From Candidatus Latescibacterota bacterium (GTDB lineage: Bacteria > Latescibacterota > UBA2968), in the NCBI GenBank assembly GCA_965205975.1, contig OZ242195.1:4064001-4128000 (forward strand): a stretch of DNA of 64,000 nucleotides, read 5' to 3'. A program made the position numbers and the translations under genes. Below, one piece after another: positions 49,358-59,659 of the stretch. Position 1 is the first letter of the stretch. Each line of letters begins with the position of its first letter. Under the pieces are notes generated by a model, which saw nothing but the letters and a program-made list of their open reading frames with translations, had not been told where the DNA came from and did not search any database.

Positions 49358-49954
49358 ATGAAAGAACACGTCGATCCAACACTCGCGAACGAATTGGCCG
49401 AAGGCACGTCAGACAAAAAAATAAATGCCCTGTTCGCCTACATGGAAGCGAGGGGCCAGTCCTACTACGACGAAGTCGTAACGCAACTCGAACACGCGCT
49501 CCAGTGCGCCAATCTGGCCCAGCTCGCCAATGGAGACGCGATTCAGATAACTGCCGCACTATTGCACGATATCGGCCATTTTCTGATGGACGAACACGCA
49601 GAAAACGCAGATTTCCACACCCAGGACTTTCTCCACGAAGAAGTGGGCGCCGCGTACATAGCACCCTTTTTTATCGAGGCGGTGACCGAACCGGTGAAAC
49701 TTCACGTTCCGGCCAAGCGATACATCTGCACCACGGATTCGACCTACTACAACACCCTTTCCGAAGCCTCTAAGCATAGTTTCCAACTGCAAGGAGGCCT
49801 CATGTCAGATCGGGAAAGGACCGAGTTCGAAAGCAATCCTTACTACCAGAATGCCGTGCACCTCAGGAAATGGGATGATCTGGCCAAGGTGAAGAACCTG
49901 GAAACCCCAGAGCTCGAAACGTACAGGGACGCAGTGGCGCATTGTCTGAAGTAA
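49358..49954 (+). CDS. HD-domain diiron oxygenase, PhnZ/TmpB-like
   Basis: VTQLEHALQ.A, AALLHDIGH, HE..GA, LHV.AKRY, LS.AS..S..LQGG, LR.WDD.AK. Confidence 0.85.
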   Translation: MKEHVDPTLANELAEGTSDKKINALFAYMEARGQSYYDEVVTQLEHALQCANLAQLANGDAIQITAALLHDIGHFLMDEHAENADFHTQDFLHEEVGAAYIAPFFIEAVTEPVKLHVPAKRYICTTDSTYYNTLSEASKHSFQLQGGLMSDRERTEFESNPYYQNAVHLRKWDDLAKVKNLETPELETYRDAVAHCLK

Positions 49955-49991
49955 CTGGTTGCCCGACCAATGCACACATTTAAAAAAAATC

Positions 49992-52394
49992 ATGCTCCAA
50001 AACTATCTAAAAATCGCCCTGCGAAATTTGATGCGCCACAAGGGATACTCGCTGATCAACGTACTGGGATTATCGGTGGGCGTGGCCTGTTGTGTCCTCA
50101 TCGGATTATTTATTCACGATGAATTTCGCGTCAATCGGTTTCACACAAAGAGCGACCGAATTTGCAAATTGCTCCGCGAGATGCGCAACGATGACGGCAC
50201 CCGGGACATGGGATTTGGCACATCGGGCGCAGCGGGACCCGCGCTAAAAAAAGACTATTCAGAAATCGAAACAGTCGTGCGATACCTGTCGTGGGGCTAT
50301 ATCTGGACCACGTATAAAGACCGCAAATTCAATCAGCGATTCTGTTTGACAGATCCCGATTTTTTGGATGTCTTCGATTTTGAACTGATGAAGGGAGATC
50401 GCGCGACAGTACTCAAAGAACCGCTTTCCATCCTGGTGACAGAAGCAACCGCGCGGCGATTTTTTGGGGATGACGACCCAATAGGAAAAGTGCTTACCGT
50501 CGATGACCGGTATATGGGCGGGGTATATACGATTACCGGGGTACTAAAAAACGTGCCTCGGCAATCAACCATGCAATTTGACATCGTATGTGCAACCGTA
50601 AATACCTATTGGACGCGGAACGTATTTGAAAACTGGGCGGTGGATTCAACCTGGCGACCGGCACACAATTACATCTTATTGCGAGAAGGCGCAGATGCGA
50701 AAGCACTCGAAGCAAAATTGCCCGAATTCATGGCGCGATACATGGGCGATGAAATCGTCAAAAAGAGCACCTATTTTTTGCAACCCTTAGAGCGAATCTA
50801 TCTGTATTCCAAAGTGGATTATGGCATCTCATTTCACAGCGACATCACGTATGTGTACCTGTTTGCAATCATCGGACTTTTTATTTTACTGATTGCGTGC
50901 ATCAATTTTATGAACCTGTCAACAGCGCGCTCTGCGCGACGGGCACGCGAAGTCGGATTGCGAAAAGTAGTGGGAGCCTATCGCGCCCAATTGATTCGAC
51001 AGTTCTTGGGAGAGACATTTTTGACCGCACTGTTGGCCGGGCTATTGTCGCTAATTATTGTGAAAATTTCACTACCTCTCCTGAACAACTTTGCCAGAAA
51101 AACAATTGCACTTGAAGGACAGACCCTGTGGTATGCGGTTGCCGGACTATTTGTTTTAACCGTGCTGGTAAGCCTGCTCTCCGGAGGATATCCCGCGCTA
51201 TTTCTATCCAGTTTTCGACCCGTAACAGTACTGAAAGGCACGCTTATTTCGGGTACCAGAAGCGGCCGATTGCGACAGATCCTCGTGATATTTCAATTTG
51301 CGATCTCGACATTTTTAATCGCGGGTACATACACCGTGTATCAGCAATTGAATTATGTGCAAAATAAAAATCTGGGATTCGATAAAGATCTCATAGTTCT
51401 AACCTGGTTATTTTCTACAGACCGACGCTTGACAGATAATTATGTGAATATCAAAAATGAATATCTGAAGCACCCAAACATCTTGAAAGCATCGGCATCG
51501 CATTCTTCGATGGGATATGGGGGACAACTGGACAGGGTATTTCCCGAAGGCAGGGGAGGGGAAGACTGGCGGATGCGCGTCCTGGGCGTGGATGAAGCCT
51601 TTTTAGACACCTATAATCTGGAACTCACAGCGGGCCGCAATTTTTCACTATCAGTGACAACCGACACATCTCAGGCATTTATCCTGAACGAAACTGCCGT
51701 GAAGCGATTGGGATGGACCGAGCCGCTTGGAAAGGCGTTTGGATGGGCTGCATCAAACCGGGAGAAAGGCGTTGTGATCGGCGTGGTAAAAGATTTTCAC
51801 AACCGGTCGCTACACGAAATCATCCGCCCCGTGGCGATTGCCATGTGGCAACCCAAGTTCAACGTACTAACACTAAAAATTCGCGGTCAGGATATTGATG
51901 AAACGCTTAAATATATCGGTGAAATATGGCGGAAATATATTCCCGAAAAGCCGTTTGAATATCGCTTTTTAGACGAAAACCTGGCGCGTTATTATCTGGC
52001 CGAACAACGGATAGGAACACTTATAACCGTATTTGCCGGGCTGGCGATTGTAATCGCGTGCCTGGGCCTGTTTGGCCTCGCGGCATTTACAGCAGAGCAA
52101 CGCACCAAAGAAATTGGCATCCGCAAAACCCTGGGCGCATCCGTCCCCAATATTGTGCGCTTGCTCTCGCGAGAAGTTGTGATTCTGGTACTACTGGCCA
52201 ATCTAATCGCATTCCCACTGGCCTATTGGGTCATGAATGAATGGTTGGCGGGATTTGCGTACCGCATAGATCTGGGCGCGCTGGTATTTGTATTGAGCGG
52301 ATTACTAACAATGGCAATCGCGATCATGACCGTGAGCACACAGGCGATTCGCGCAGCCCTGACCGATCCAGCGACAGCATTGCGATATGAATAG
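49992..52394 (+). CDS. ABC transporter permease, paralogue 7
   Basis: Same motif set; ends DPATALRYE. Confidence 0.95.
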   Translation: MLQNYLKIALRNLMRHKGYSLINVLGLSVGVACCVLIGLFIHDEFRVNRFHTKSDRICKLLREMRNDDGTRDMGFGTSGAAGPALKKDYSEIETVVRYLSWGYIWTTYKDRKFNQRFCLTDPDFLDVFDFELMKGDRATVLKEPLSILVTEATARRFFGDDDPIGKVLTVDDRYMGGVYTITGVLKNVPRQSTMQFDIVCATVNTYWTRNVFENWAVDSTWRPAHNYILLREGADAKALEAKLPEFMARYMGDEIVKKSTYFLQPLERIYLYSKVDYGISFHSDITYVYLFAIIGLFILLIACINFMNLSTARSARRAREVGLRKVVGAYRAQLIRQFLGETFLTALLAGLLSLIIVKISLPLLNNFARKTIALEGQTLWYAVAGLFVLTVLVSLLSGGYPALFLSSFRPVTVLKGTLISGTRSGRLRQILVIFQFAISTFLIAGTYTVYQQLNYVQNKNLGFDKDLIVLTWLFSTDRRLTDNYVNIKNEYLKHPNILKASASHSSMGYGGQLDRVFPEGRGGEDWRMRVLGVDEAFLDTYNLELTAGRNFSLSVTTDTSQAFILNETAVKRLGWTEPLGKAFGWAASNREKGVVIGVVKDFHNRSLHEIIRPVAIAMWQPKFNVLTLKIRGQDIDETLKYIGEIWRKYIPEKPFEYRFLDENLARYYLAEQRIGTLITVFAGLAIVIACLGLFGLAAFTAEQRTKEIGIRKTLGASVPNIVRLLSREVVILVLLANLIAFPLAYWVMNEWLAGFAYRIDLGALVFVLSGLLTMAIAIMTVSTQAIRAALTDPATALRYE

Positions 52395-52436
52395 CCGACA
52401 CCTGTGCGCCTATGAACTGCTATGATTCGCTGTTCC

Positions 52437-52472
52437 GTTGATTCGTTGATTCGTCTATTCGTCTATTCGTCC
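52437..52472. repeat. 8-bp tandem repeat GT(TG/CT)ATTC x4
   Basis: Read directly; lies between convergent genes. Confidence 0.6.
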
Positions 52473-52478
52473 CTTCGC

Positions 52479-54197
52479 TCACACCCCACGCGACATAGAC
52501 AACCCCTCTTGCTCCCGCCACAAATACAACACATGGCGCGACTTCCGCAAATGGCGTTCATACTCCTTGCTAAAATCCCGACGCTTGCCACTCGGCGTCC
52601 TGCCATTGGGTCGCGCATTGCACTTCCCGCGCGCCTGCGTAATGCTTCGGCTGCCATTTTGCACGGCAATCGTCATCACCCGATGCGTCTCATCCTCCGG
52701 CGTCGTAACCTGCATCGTCCAGATTGACGATTTCCCGGTCTTGCAATTATTCGCATAAGACCCCACGCAGTGATGCATCTTGCGTCCCTCGAGGGACAAC
52801 TCTTTGGCCGACAGCAACTCCGTAATCGTCCACCGCTCCTTTTCATTTCCATAATTATCCGTCGCCGTCCAATCCAGTTCATTGAGACCCGAAGGAGCCC
52901 AAACCTTTGCCGGCAAGCGATTCTGCCTCGCCAACTGCCGGTGCCAAAACTCAACCTGTCGCAGCAACTTGACCACACTGCGCCCCTTAATCGAAAAATT
53001 CGGCTGCTCGGGCGGCAACTGCACAACCTCGCCACCAACCGTCTCTTCCCGAGACACGTATTTCTGATTGTGAATATAATCCACAATCGGTCCCACCTCA
53101 TCGGGATCGAGCATTGGATTATTCACAAAGAAATGCACCACCTTATGCCAGAAATCCTCGCACTCAAAAGACGACCCCAACCGCGTACTGTTCACCGCGC
53201 GCACCAGCGGTTCTTCCCCGCCAAGCCCCAGAATTTGACCGTGCCGAAACGCCTCGTAAATCGCGTAATCGTGCGGCGACTCCAAAAACAAATGCGCCAT
53301 CTTCTTCGTCAGCGTCAGCGGAACATCTGCCTTGCGAATATTCCCACCCGTTCCCACATGCACAAACCAGCCCTGCTGCTGCCGCGCCTCATCTTCCTCA
53401 CCGAAAAACCACGCGATATCCATAAACGCGGGCACATCGTACTTCGCGAGCAAATGTCGCGCAAGCGAACCAAATTGTTTGCGCCCATTGTGCGAACCTG
53501 GCCGCCACTCTCCTGGATCGCGCAACCACCGCTTGTGCCAGCGCGCCAGGGCGCCCAACCCCTCGATAAATGTATTGCCATCAGAAGGTCCCAGGCGCAC
53601 AATCGCGGGCTTGACGTCAAAAAAATCGCCCCGTTTTTCCACATGAAGCAACAACTGCAGCAGCGCGCGTCGCCCCTTGCGGTCTCTCCCCAGCCCATCA
53701 AAAGCCCGCTGGATCTTTTGCAGATGGGGACGATTCAACTCTGCCTCCGACAGCTTGCCCTCATAAATCGCCCGAATCGTCTCCTGCGGCCGCCGCGTGT
53801 GGTTTTTCATCTTCGCCAAAACCGCATCGCTCTCTATGCGCTCGGCCAAATCGCGCTCTTTCTTGCGTTGAGCAACACTCTTATGCGTCCCCGTACTCAA
53901 CCCGTGCGCGGTACACCACGCGGTATAATCCGCAACCGTCTCTAACCCCAACGCGCTGATATGGCGCACAAATTCCTGCTCGGCCAATTCCTCATCAATC
54001 GCCCGATCAGCAACCTTGCGCTCCTGCCGTCGCTCCTGCCAGCTCTTATTCAGCGCCCCATTAAATCCATGGTCCCGACACCAAGCCTGATATTGCCCCA
54101 CACTCGTCAACCCCAACGACCGAATATGCGCCGTCAAATCCGCATTCGCCTTGCCAGCAGCCCCTCTGTGTCGTCTCTTTTTTCGCTTTGTTGCCAT
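52479..54197 (-). CDS. PcfJ-like domain protein
   Basis: C-terminal EL.S..EL..EG..MHHCVGSY...SIW...TI.V...I.QARG.CN. Confidence 0.8.
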   Translation of the reverse strand: MATKRKKRRHRGAAGKANADLTAHIRSLGLTSVGQYQAWCRDHGFNGALNKSWQERRQERKVADRAIDEELAEQEFVRHISALGLETVADYTAWCTAHGLSTGTHKSVAQRKKERDLAERIESDAVLAKMKNHTRRPQETIRAIYEGKLSEAELNRPHLQKIQRAFDGLGRDRKGRRALLQLLLHVEKRGDFFDVKPAIVRLGPSDGNTFIEGLGALARWHKRWLRDPGEWRPGSHNGRKQFGSLARHLLAKYDVPAFMDIAWFFGEEDEARQQQGWFVHVGTGGNIRKADVPLTLTKKMAHLFLESPHDYAIYEAFRHGQILGLGGEEPLVRAVNSTRLGSSFECEDFWHKVVHFFVNNPMLDPDEVGPIVDYIHNQKYVSREETVGGEVVQLPPEQPNFSIKGRSVVKLLRQVEFWHRQLARQNRLPAKVWAPSGLNELDWTATDNYGNEKERWTITELLSAKELSLEGRKMHHCVGSYANNCKTGKSSIWTMQVTTPEDETHRVMTIAVQNGSRSITQARGKCNARPNGRTPSGKRRDFSKEYERHLRKSRHVLYLWREQEGLSMSRGV

Positions 54198-54247
54198 AAT
54201 ATTCTCCCGTGTCCTATCTCTACCTACCACTCATAAGGATGCACTTC

Positions 54248-55807
54248 TCAAGAATACTCCGGCAAAAAAACCTCAATCAGCGTCGGTCCCCCGGCCTGCA
54301 ACGCCTCTTCGAGCGCCTCGCCAAACCCCTGTCCATCCGTCACGCGAACACTCTGCATCCCAAAACTCTGTGCAAACATCACAAAATCGGGATTTACCAA
54401 CTCCACGGCAATATTCCGCCCATCACATTCCCGATCCTGCGCCCGTTTAATCGCGTCATAAGTATTATCATTGCACAAAACAACGGGCAATGACACCCCC
54501 TGCTGAACCGCGGTTGAAAGCTCCGTCGCCGTGTACATAAACCCGCCATCGCCACACAGCGACACCACCTGCTTATCTGGACACGCGACCTTGGCACCCA
54601 CAGCCGCTGGCATGGAAAAACCCAGCGTCCCGTAAACCGTTGGCGACAAAAACGTGCGCGGCTGATAAACCGGAAAATGGCGACGTGCCTGATAGCTAAT
54701 CATCGTCATATCGTTCACAACCACCGCATTCCGATCCAGAACATCCCGCAAAATGCCCAGCAACTCTGGAAAAGGGCTCTCCTCCCACTGACCGGACGCC
54801 TGCGACACAGAACCACTGACATCCCACGCGGTCTTTACCCCATCCAAACGCGCGTACAAACCCCTCAACCCCGCACCCGCATCGCCAATCAGCGCAACAT
54901 CTGGCTCAAACGACCGCCCGATCACATCCGGATCGATATCCAGATGAATGAGCTTCTCCGGTGTGCCCTTCCACATCTGCTCAAACCGAAAACCCAAACG
55001 CGTACCCACGGCAATCACCACATCCGCCTCATTCAAACACTTGTTCATCGCCTCACCGCGCACCAGCAATCGGTGATCCGCCGGAACAGCCCCCTGCCCA
55101 TTCGCAGTAACCGCCACCGGCAATCCGAGTTTCTCAGCCAACCGGATCACATCATCACTCGCATCTTGCGTCCCCCCACCCGCGATCAACACCGGCTTAC
55201 GCGCAGACTGAATCATCTCCGCCGCTACATCGAGCGCAGCCTCCTCAGGCTTATGCGGCGGGCGGTGCGCTGGTTCGTCAATCTTTACATCCGCCTCTTC
55301 CTTAAAAACATCCAGTGGAACCTCCAAAATATAGGGCCGGGGACGTCCGTACTTCATCGCCTCAAAACCCTCTGATAGCGCATCCGGTATCTCCTCCACA
55401 CGCGACACGCGCTGCCCACGCCCCGTCACCGAAAACAACGTCCCAAACTGATCGCGCATATCGTGCAACACACCCGCATCTGTGCCATTTGTTTCATCCG
55501 TCGGACCGCTACATATCAGCAACACGGGCGACGACTCTGCGTGCGCTTCCCCAATCGGCGTCAACACATTCACCGCCGCCGGACCCGTCGTCGTCAACGC
55601 CACGCCCACGCGCCCAGAAGCCCGCGCATACCCATCCGCCATAAAACCCGCCCCCTGCTCGTGCCGCGTCGTCACATGCCGAATCCGCGGATGATCGTAC
55701 AGCGCATCGTAAAGCGCCAGCGTGTGAACCCCCGGAATCCCAAACACCACATCCACCCCCCATGCATCCAGCGTCTCAACCACAGCCTGACCACCAGTCA
55801 TCAACAT
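54248..55807 (-). CDS. Thiamine-pyrophosphate-dependent enzyme (acetolactate synthase-like)
   Basis: VFGIPG, RHEQGAGFMADGYAR, GDGGF.....EL, CNDN.Y. Confidence 0.93.
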   Translation of the reverse strand: MLMTGGQAVVETLDAWGVDVVFGIPGVHTLALYDALYDHPRIRHVTTRHEQGAGFMADGYARASGRVGVALTTTGPAAVNVLTPIGEAHAESSPVLLICSGPTDETNGTDAGVLHDMRDQFGTLFSVTGRGQRVSRVEEIPDALSEGFEAMKYGRPRPYILEVPLDVFKEEADVKIDEPAHRPPHKPEEAALDVAAEMIQSARKPVLIAGGGTQDASDDVIRLAEKLGLPVAVTANGQGAVPADHRLLVRGEAMNKCLNEADVVIAVGTRLGFRFEQMWKGTPEKLIHLDIDPDVIGRSFEPDVALIGDAGAGLRGLYARLDGVKTAWDVSGSVSQASGQWEESPFPELLGILRDVLDRNAVVVNDMTMISYQARRHFPVYQPRTFLSPTVYGTLGFSMPAAVGAKVACPDKQVVSLCGDGGFMYTATELSTAVQQGVSLPVVLCNDNTYDAIKRAQDRECDGRNIAVELVNPDFVMFAQSFGMQSVRVTDGQGFGEALEEALQAGGPTLIEVFLPEYS

Positions 55808-55908
55808 AACCCCATCCTTTCAATCCAATAATAAAAACGCACTCCGCTAATATACATCCAAAATTATCCATCGTCAGACCAAATTTGCAAGGGGTATAAA
55901 TGCTATTG

Positions 55909-56055
55909 TTGTCAAATAACGTGTCAAATAACGTGTCAAATAAGGACAAAATTCACTCCGATTTCTTGTTATTGAAACAAAAACCTATTATTATTTAATA
56001 ACTTACAAATTTGTTACGCGTGTCAAATAACGTGTCAAATAACGTGTCAAATAAG
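55909..56055. repeat. Two arrays of 3 x 12-bp GTGTCAAATAAC
   Basis: 55909-55944 and 56020-56055, 111-bp offset, AT-rich spacer. Confidence 0.9.
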
Positions 56056-56211
56056 ACAAAAAAATGCTCATACATGGGCATTGTCGTCAAGTGAAACGGG
56101 GCTTATCCTCAGAGCAGAATCTGTGTCTGGACAACCCAAATCGCAATCGCTATATTTCGCAAGCGTTTTGCACTTTCTCTTGAGACGCGATTTCTGTCAG
56201 AGGAAGCGTGT

Positions 56212-57300
56212 ATGATAAACACCATCATTATCGGCGGTGGACAGGCCGGCATAACACTGAGTTACTTCTTGCAACAACGCGGGGTCGAACACCTCGTATT
56301 GGAGCGCGACCGGGCGTTCTCTGCCTGGCACAACTGCTGGGACAGTTTCCGGTTAAACACAGCCAATTGGATGAACACATTACCCGGCATGCAAAAACCA
56401 TTTGCACCGCAAAAAGCGTGGTATGACACTGCCACACGCGAAGAAGCACTCGGCTATTTCCAGGCGTATCGCCAGATGGTCAATCCCCCATTAAAAGAAG
56501 GCGTCACCGTCACGCAAGTTGCCGAAGGAGAAAATACCTGGCACGTACATACAGATACCAAAACCTATCACACAACCAACGTCGCCATCTGCACCGGGCA
56601 TGCAGCCCGACCCTTTGTACCAGACATCGCCAAAAAACTGCCACCATCAATCCTCCAGCTACACTCATCCGCCTATCGAAACCCCGACCAGATCACAACG
56701 GCAAACGTCCTCATCGTCGGAAGCGGCAGCAGTGGGGTTCAAATCTGCCTGGATCTGGCGCAATCGGATCAATTTGAAAACCTCTCATTCGCACTCAGTG
56801 GCAACGGCGTCGTCCCCTGGTCTATACTGGGCATCCCCATCGGTGTATTCTCCCGCATGCTCCCAGTATTTGAAATCCAGCGACAAACGCGAATCGGACG
56901 GCGCATTATGCACCAATGGCAGGGAGGCGACCCCGCCATGGCGCCATCGCCGCGCTGGCTTTCCAAACACCACGGCGTACAACGGGTCGGTCGCGTAATA
57001 GATGCCGACCATCGCGGAATCGTCTGCGCCGACGGCGAAATTATCAGCACAGAAGACCTGACCGTCTTATGGTGTACCGGCTTTAGACCCGACTATGCAT
57101 TTATCCGCGTACACCATCCCGAAACCGCATTTGACAAAAACGGCCCCATTCACAAACGCGGCGTCTGCATCCCGGGCCTGTTCTTCGTCGGCTTGAAATT
57201 TCAACACACCGTCGGATCACACCTCCTGCGCGGCGTGGGACGCGACGCGGAATACATCGCACAGAAAATCGCGGAAAGGAACCATCGCAATGCCTCGTGA
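56212..57300 (+). CDS. Flavin-containing monooxygenase-like NAD(P)/FAD oxidoreductase
   Basis: IIGGGQAG, WDSF.L.T, LHSS.YRNP, VGSGSSG.QI, WCTGF. Confidence 0.9.
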   Translation: MINTIIIGGGQAGITLSYFLQQRGVEHLVLERDRAFSAWHNCWDSFRLNTANWMNTLPGMQKPFAPQKAWYDTATREEALGYFQAYRQMVNPPLKEGVTVTQVAEGENTWHVHTDTKTYHTTNVAICTGHAARPFVPDIAKKLPPSILQLHSSAYRNPDQITTANVLIVGSGSSGVQICLDLAQSDQFENLSFALSGNGVVPWSILGIPIGVFSRMLPVFEIQRQTRIGRRIMHQWQGGDPAMAPSPRWLSKHHGVQRVGRVIDADHRGIVCADGEIISTEDLTVLWCTGFRPDYAFIRVHHPETAFDKNGPIHKRGVCIPGLFFVGLKFQHTVGSHLLRGVGRDAEYIAQKIAERNHRNAS

Positions 57301-58342
57301 ACAAAACATCCGCCTGGGCCTGATCGGCTGCGGCGGCATCGTCCAGAAATCCCATCTCCAGGGCCTGCTCGACATCCCCGATCTCGTAACCATCTCGGCA
57401 ATAGCCGATCCCATCCCCGAAAACAGAAATCGCGTTGGCACGGCAGCAGACATCGTTTCAGAACAGCGCTACGAAGACCACCGCCACATGCTCGTCCGCG
57501 CCGAACTCGACGCCGTCATCATCGCCACCCCCCATCACCTGCACGCCGAACACGTCATCGAAGCCGCGCAGGCGGGCGTCGCCATCATCTCGGAAAAACC
57601 CATGGCAACATCCCTCGAAGAAGCCGACCAACTCCTCGAATCCGTAAAAAAACACAACGTCCCCTACGCCATTGTACACAACTTCCTCTACACACCCGGC
57701 ACCGCAGAAGCACTCCGACTACTGCGCGAGGAAAACACAGGCACACCCCAAACGGGCCGCGCCCTCTCCCTCTTTGGCAAAACAGAGGACCAGGCAGACC
57801 CCAACAATGTCTGGCGCGCATCCAGAGCAGCTGGCGGCGGCTGTATCGGCGACAGTGCCTACCACGAAATTTACCTCATCGAAACCATGATTGGCTCACC
57901 CGTGCGCTACGTGGAAGCCCGCGTACAGACCAAATTCTTCGACTTCGATGTCGATGACGTCGCCTTCCTCCTCTTTGAACACGAAAACGGCGCAATCTCC
58001 ACCGTCTCGACATCCTGGGGCATGCCCGGCAGCGGCGACCACAATATATGCGAAGTCTATACCCGCACGCACGGCATCCGCATTGTCGGACGTGGACGCG
58101 AACTCCGCTACCTCGACAAAGCCGACCGCAGATGGCAACCCGTTGACCTCGACCACGGCCTCGACAATGACGCCCTGTCCCGCGCCGGTCACGCCAACTA
58201 TTTTGCCGCCACCTTAAAAGCACTCTCAGAAGGCAAACCACCCCCCATCACCGCCGAACACGCCCGCCACAACCTCTCGCTCATCCACGCCGCGCACAAA
58301 GCGACAGCACAGCGCAAAGCCATCGATGTCACCGAGCTATAA
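57290..58342 (+). CDS. Gfo/Idh/MocA family oxidoreductase
   Basis: GLIGCG.I, IATP...H, SEKPMA, GGG.I.D..YH. Confidence 0.92.
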   Translation: MPREQNIRLGLIGCGGIVQKSHLQGLLDIPDLVTISAIADPIPENRNRVGTAADIVSEQRYEDHRHMLVRAELDAVIIATPHHLHAEHVIEAAQAGVAIISEKPMATSLEEADQLLESVKKHNVPYAIVHNFLYTPGTAEALRLLREENTGTPQTGRALSLFGKTEDQADPNNVWRASRAAGGGCIGDSAYHEIYLIETMIGSPVRYVEARVQTKFFDFDVDDVAFLLFEHENGAISTVSTSWGMPGSGDHNICEVYTRTHGIRIVGRGRELRYLDKADRRWQPVDLDHGLDNDALSRAGHANYFAATLKALSEGKPPPITAEHARHNLSLIHAAHKATAQRKAIDVTEL

Positions 58343-58359
58343 CGCACAACGGAGGACCC

Positions 58360-59142
58360 ATGAACCATCTCACACCCGATGAAATCGCCCAATTCGACGA
58401 AGAGGGATACCTCGTATTTGAAGGCCTCTTCGATCACGACCTCAACGAACGCATCAAAGCCGACGTCGATCAACTCATGATCGACCGCGAAAAAGGTGAC
58501 CGCCCCATGCTCATGGCGTATCCAGAACTCGGCCTGCTCACATCTGAACCCGGTGTTGTAGATCGCGTGGCGGATCTGATGAAAGGCAAAAAATTCGTCC
58601 ATCACCACATCCACGCCCGATGGCAACTCCCCGGAGAACGCGGAGTAGCGTGGCATCAGGATTACGCACAACTCCCGCAAACAAATCGCTCGCACCTCAT
58701 GGTCCACGTATTCATGTACATGGACGGCCTGAACGGCGAAGTGGGCGACCTCCTCGTCATGCCCGGCACCCAAAAAAAAGTCATGGCCAACGATGCCTTT
58801 CGCCAATTTCAATTCGAAGACCTGCCCGGCTCGCGCACCATCGACAACCTGGCACCCGGATCCATCATCATCGTCCACTCCGCCCTGCAACACGCCCGCC
58901 GACCCAAACCCGGCGGTGGCATTTACAAACGCTACTTCATCGACACCTCCTACTGCGAGGACGGCATCCTCTGGCCCTCCTATCCCAACATCGCCGAAAT
59001 CAACCGCGTCGCCCTCGAAACCGGCTGTGATCGGAACGGCAAATACGTATTTCTCTACGACACCAGCCAATTTTTTGAGCGCAGGGATTACATGGACAGG
59101 TTCAATGAGAAAAATCGGGGCAGTATCGCGTTACAATTGTAG
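58360..59142 (+). CDS. PhyH-family dioxygenase
   Basis: LT...I..F.E.GYL, WHQD, PGT, LQH. Confidence 0.88.
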   Translation: MNHLTPDEIAQFDEEGYLVFEGLFDHDLNERIKADVDQLMIDREKGDRPMLMAYPELGLLTSEPGVVDRVADLMKGKKFVHHHIHARWQLPGERGVAWHQDYAQLPQTNRSHLMVHVFMYMDGLNGEVGDLLVMPGTQKKVMANDAFRQFQFEDLPGSRTIDNLAPGSIIIVHSALQHARRPKPGGGIYKRYFIDTSYCEDGILWPSYPNIAEINRVALETGCDRNGKYVFLYDTSQFFERRDYMDRFNEKNRGSIALQL

Positions 59143-59296
59143 CATGCATTCATAGCAGGATACAAAATGTTTTTGATTGGATAAAGGTATTGTATATTTT
59201 TATAGAGTGGTCTCTCGTCTCCTGATCGGGTTTCACGATCTTTAGGAAACCGTGATACAAATTTTTAGATACTCCATTGATAGAACAGTCTGATGC

Positions 59297-59659
59297 ATGA
59301 GTTGGGTGGTTGAATATACAGATCAATTTCGTGATTGGTGGGATGGCCTCAGCGAGGCGGAGCAGGACGATAGTGCTCAAATTGTAGGGCTTCTCGAAGT
59401 CCTCGGTCCCCAGTTGGGCTTTCCCCATTCTTCTGGCGTTAGGGGATCGAAACATTCACACATGCGTGAATTGCGTGTGCAAAGTGGTGGACATCCATTG
59501 CGTATCTTCTATGCCTTTGACCCGCGCCGCACCGCTATTTTACTCATTGGCGGGGACAAAACCGGAAATGATCGTTTTTACGAAGAATATACACCTGTTG
59601 CAGATCGACTTTATGACGAGTATCTTGAGGAAATTAAACGCGAAGGACTAATCCCATGA
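59297..59659 (+). CDS. RelE/ParE-family toxin (HigB-like)
   Basis: GP.LG.P, MRELRVQ, LRIFYAFDP.R.AILLIGGDK. Confidence 0.92.
   Translation: MSWVVEYTDQFRDWWDGLSEAEQDDSAQIVGLLEVLGPQLGFPHSSGVRGSKHSHMRELRVQSGGHPLRIFYAFDPRRTAILLIGGDKTGNDRFYEEYTPVADRLYDEYLEEIKREGLIP

Noticed and set aside
52770..53945. Long alternative ORFs (also 756-1457, 8597-9445, 54677-55375, 58198-59070, 62819-63715)
   Set aside because: They are antisense or out-of-frame shadows of well-supported genes and carry no motifs.
55909..56055. CRISPR array
   Set aside because: 12-bp units with no unique spacers, and no cas genes.
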